Shown here: one piece after another, positions 63,425 through 64,000 of the stretch
How positions within the stretch are numbered: position 1 is the first letter of the stretch
Layout of the letters: every line of letters begins with the position of its first letter
Assembly: GCA_951406725.2 (NCBI GenBank)
Contig: OX597824.1
Span: forward strand, 65,410,001-65,474,000
Length of the DNA stretch: 64,000 nucleotides
Direction: 5' to 3'
Source of the DNA: Octopus vulgaris
Lineage: Eukaryota
Translations under genes and position numbers: made by a program
The notes under the pieces: model-generated
Told to the model about the DNA's origin: nothing
The model's database searches: none
Seen by the model: only the letters and a program-made list of their open reading frames with translations

Positions 63425-64000
63425 TAATATTAGGGAATAAATCCAAACTTACTGGGGTTAAATTAGATTTAGGATTAAATCCAATTTTATAGTATAAATA
63501 TATTATATTATATTATATTAAATTAGAGATAAAACCACTATTAGGCAAATCAAACAGTGAAAAACATAAGCCAATACATAAAATTAATTTAAAGATATAA
63601 AAGTTAAAAATAAAAAATTATTTAAATAATTTAAACTTATAAATTTTATATATATATACAAATATATATATATATATATATTTGTATGTATGTATATTTT
63701 TATATTTATATATTATTTTATTTATTTATTTATTAATTAATTTATTTATTTATTTATTTATTTATTTTTTTAAAATTAAATATCAAAAGTATTAAAAGTT
63801 TAATAAAAGATAAAGAGTAAAACACTACGATCGTTTCATGGCTGTACCAATTCAAATAACAATAATTTAAATTCAATTAATAATTCGAGTTATGGTTACA
63901 GTCAATCTTCAGGTTAATTGAAATATTTAAACAATATTTTTAAGATATAAATAATATAATAATTTTACTTATAATAAACTCTATTATCAAACTAGAAACT
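63425..64000 (-). mobile_element. Very AT-rich repeat carrying the hammerhead, probably a PLE pseudo-LTR; runs off the window end
   Basis: Abrupt compositional change after (TA)n/(AAT)n at ~63400-63430; contains the 63821-63915 motif. Confidence 0.45.
63821..63915 (-). ncRNA. Penelope-type minimal type I hammerhead ribozyme motif with long stem II
   Basis: AAC-CTGAAGA-TTGACTGTA(ACC...GG)TACAGCCAT-GAAAC-GATC-GTA-GTGTT. Both conserved boxes, the palindromic stem III ACGATCGT and a GUA cleavage triplet are present. Confidence 0.65.

Overview
Eukaryotic, AT-rich, microsatellite-dense animal DNA, most likely an octopus (inferred from the SINE/RTE repeat families and overall composition; not verified by search). 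The only host gene visible is a + strand CELSR/flamingo (starry night) adhesion GPCR. I traced twelve internal exons between 33074 and 62750 by eye, all with canonical AG/GT sites and compatible phases. They total 1882 nt (627 codons plus 1 nt) and encode LamG1, EGF, LamG2, EGF, EGF, laminin-EGF repeats and the HRM domain. No upstream exon was recognised in 1-33073, so that region is probably one very large intron. The introns hold a young 5'-truncated RTE LINE with an unbroken 945-aa ORF and a PHD finger inside the RT, decayed RTE, CR1-type, Gypsy, Penelope, mariner (DD34D) and maT (DD37D) fragments, piggyBac- and hAT-type MITEs, and several tRNA-derived SINE families. The most unusual signal is four unrelated hammerhead-ribozyme-like motifs of the Penelope type, plus three near-zero-spacer fold-back elements. 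One fold-back is a head-to-head palindrome of tRNA-like Pol III promoter, (AAT)n and hammerhead, suggesting Penelope-mobilised, ribozyme-bearing non-autonomous retroelements. Two Ser(AGC) codons at normally Gly positions in CELSR are candidate A-to-I recoding sites. Nearly all short ORFs in the supplied track are microsatellite or repeat artefacts.
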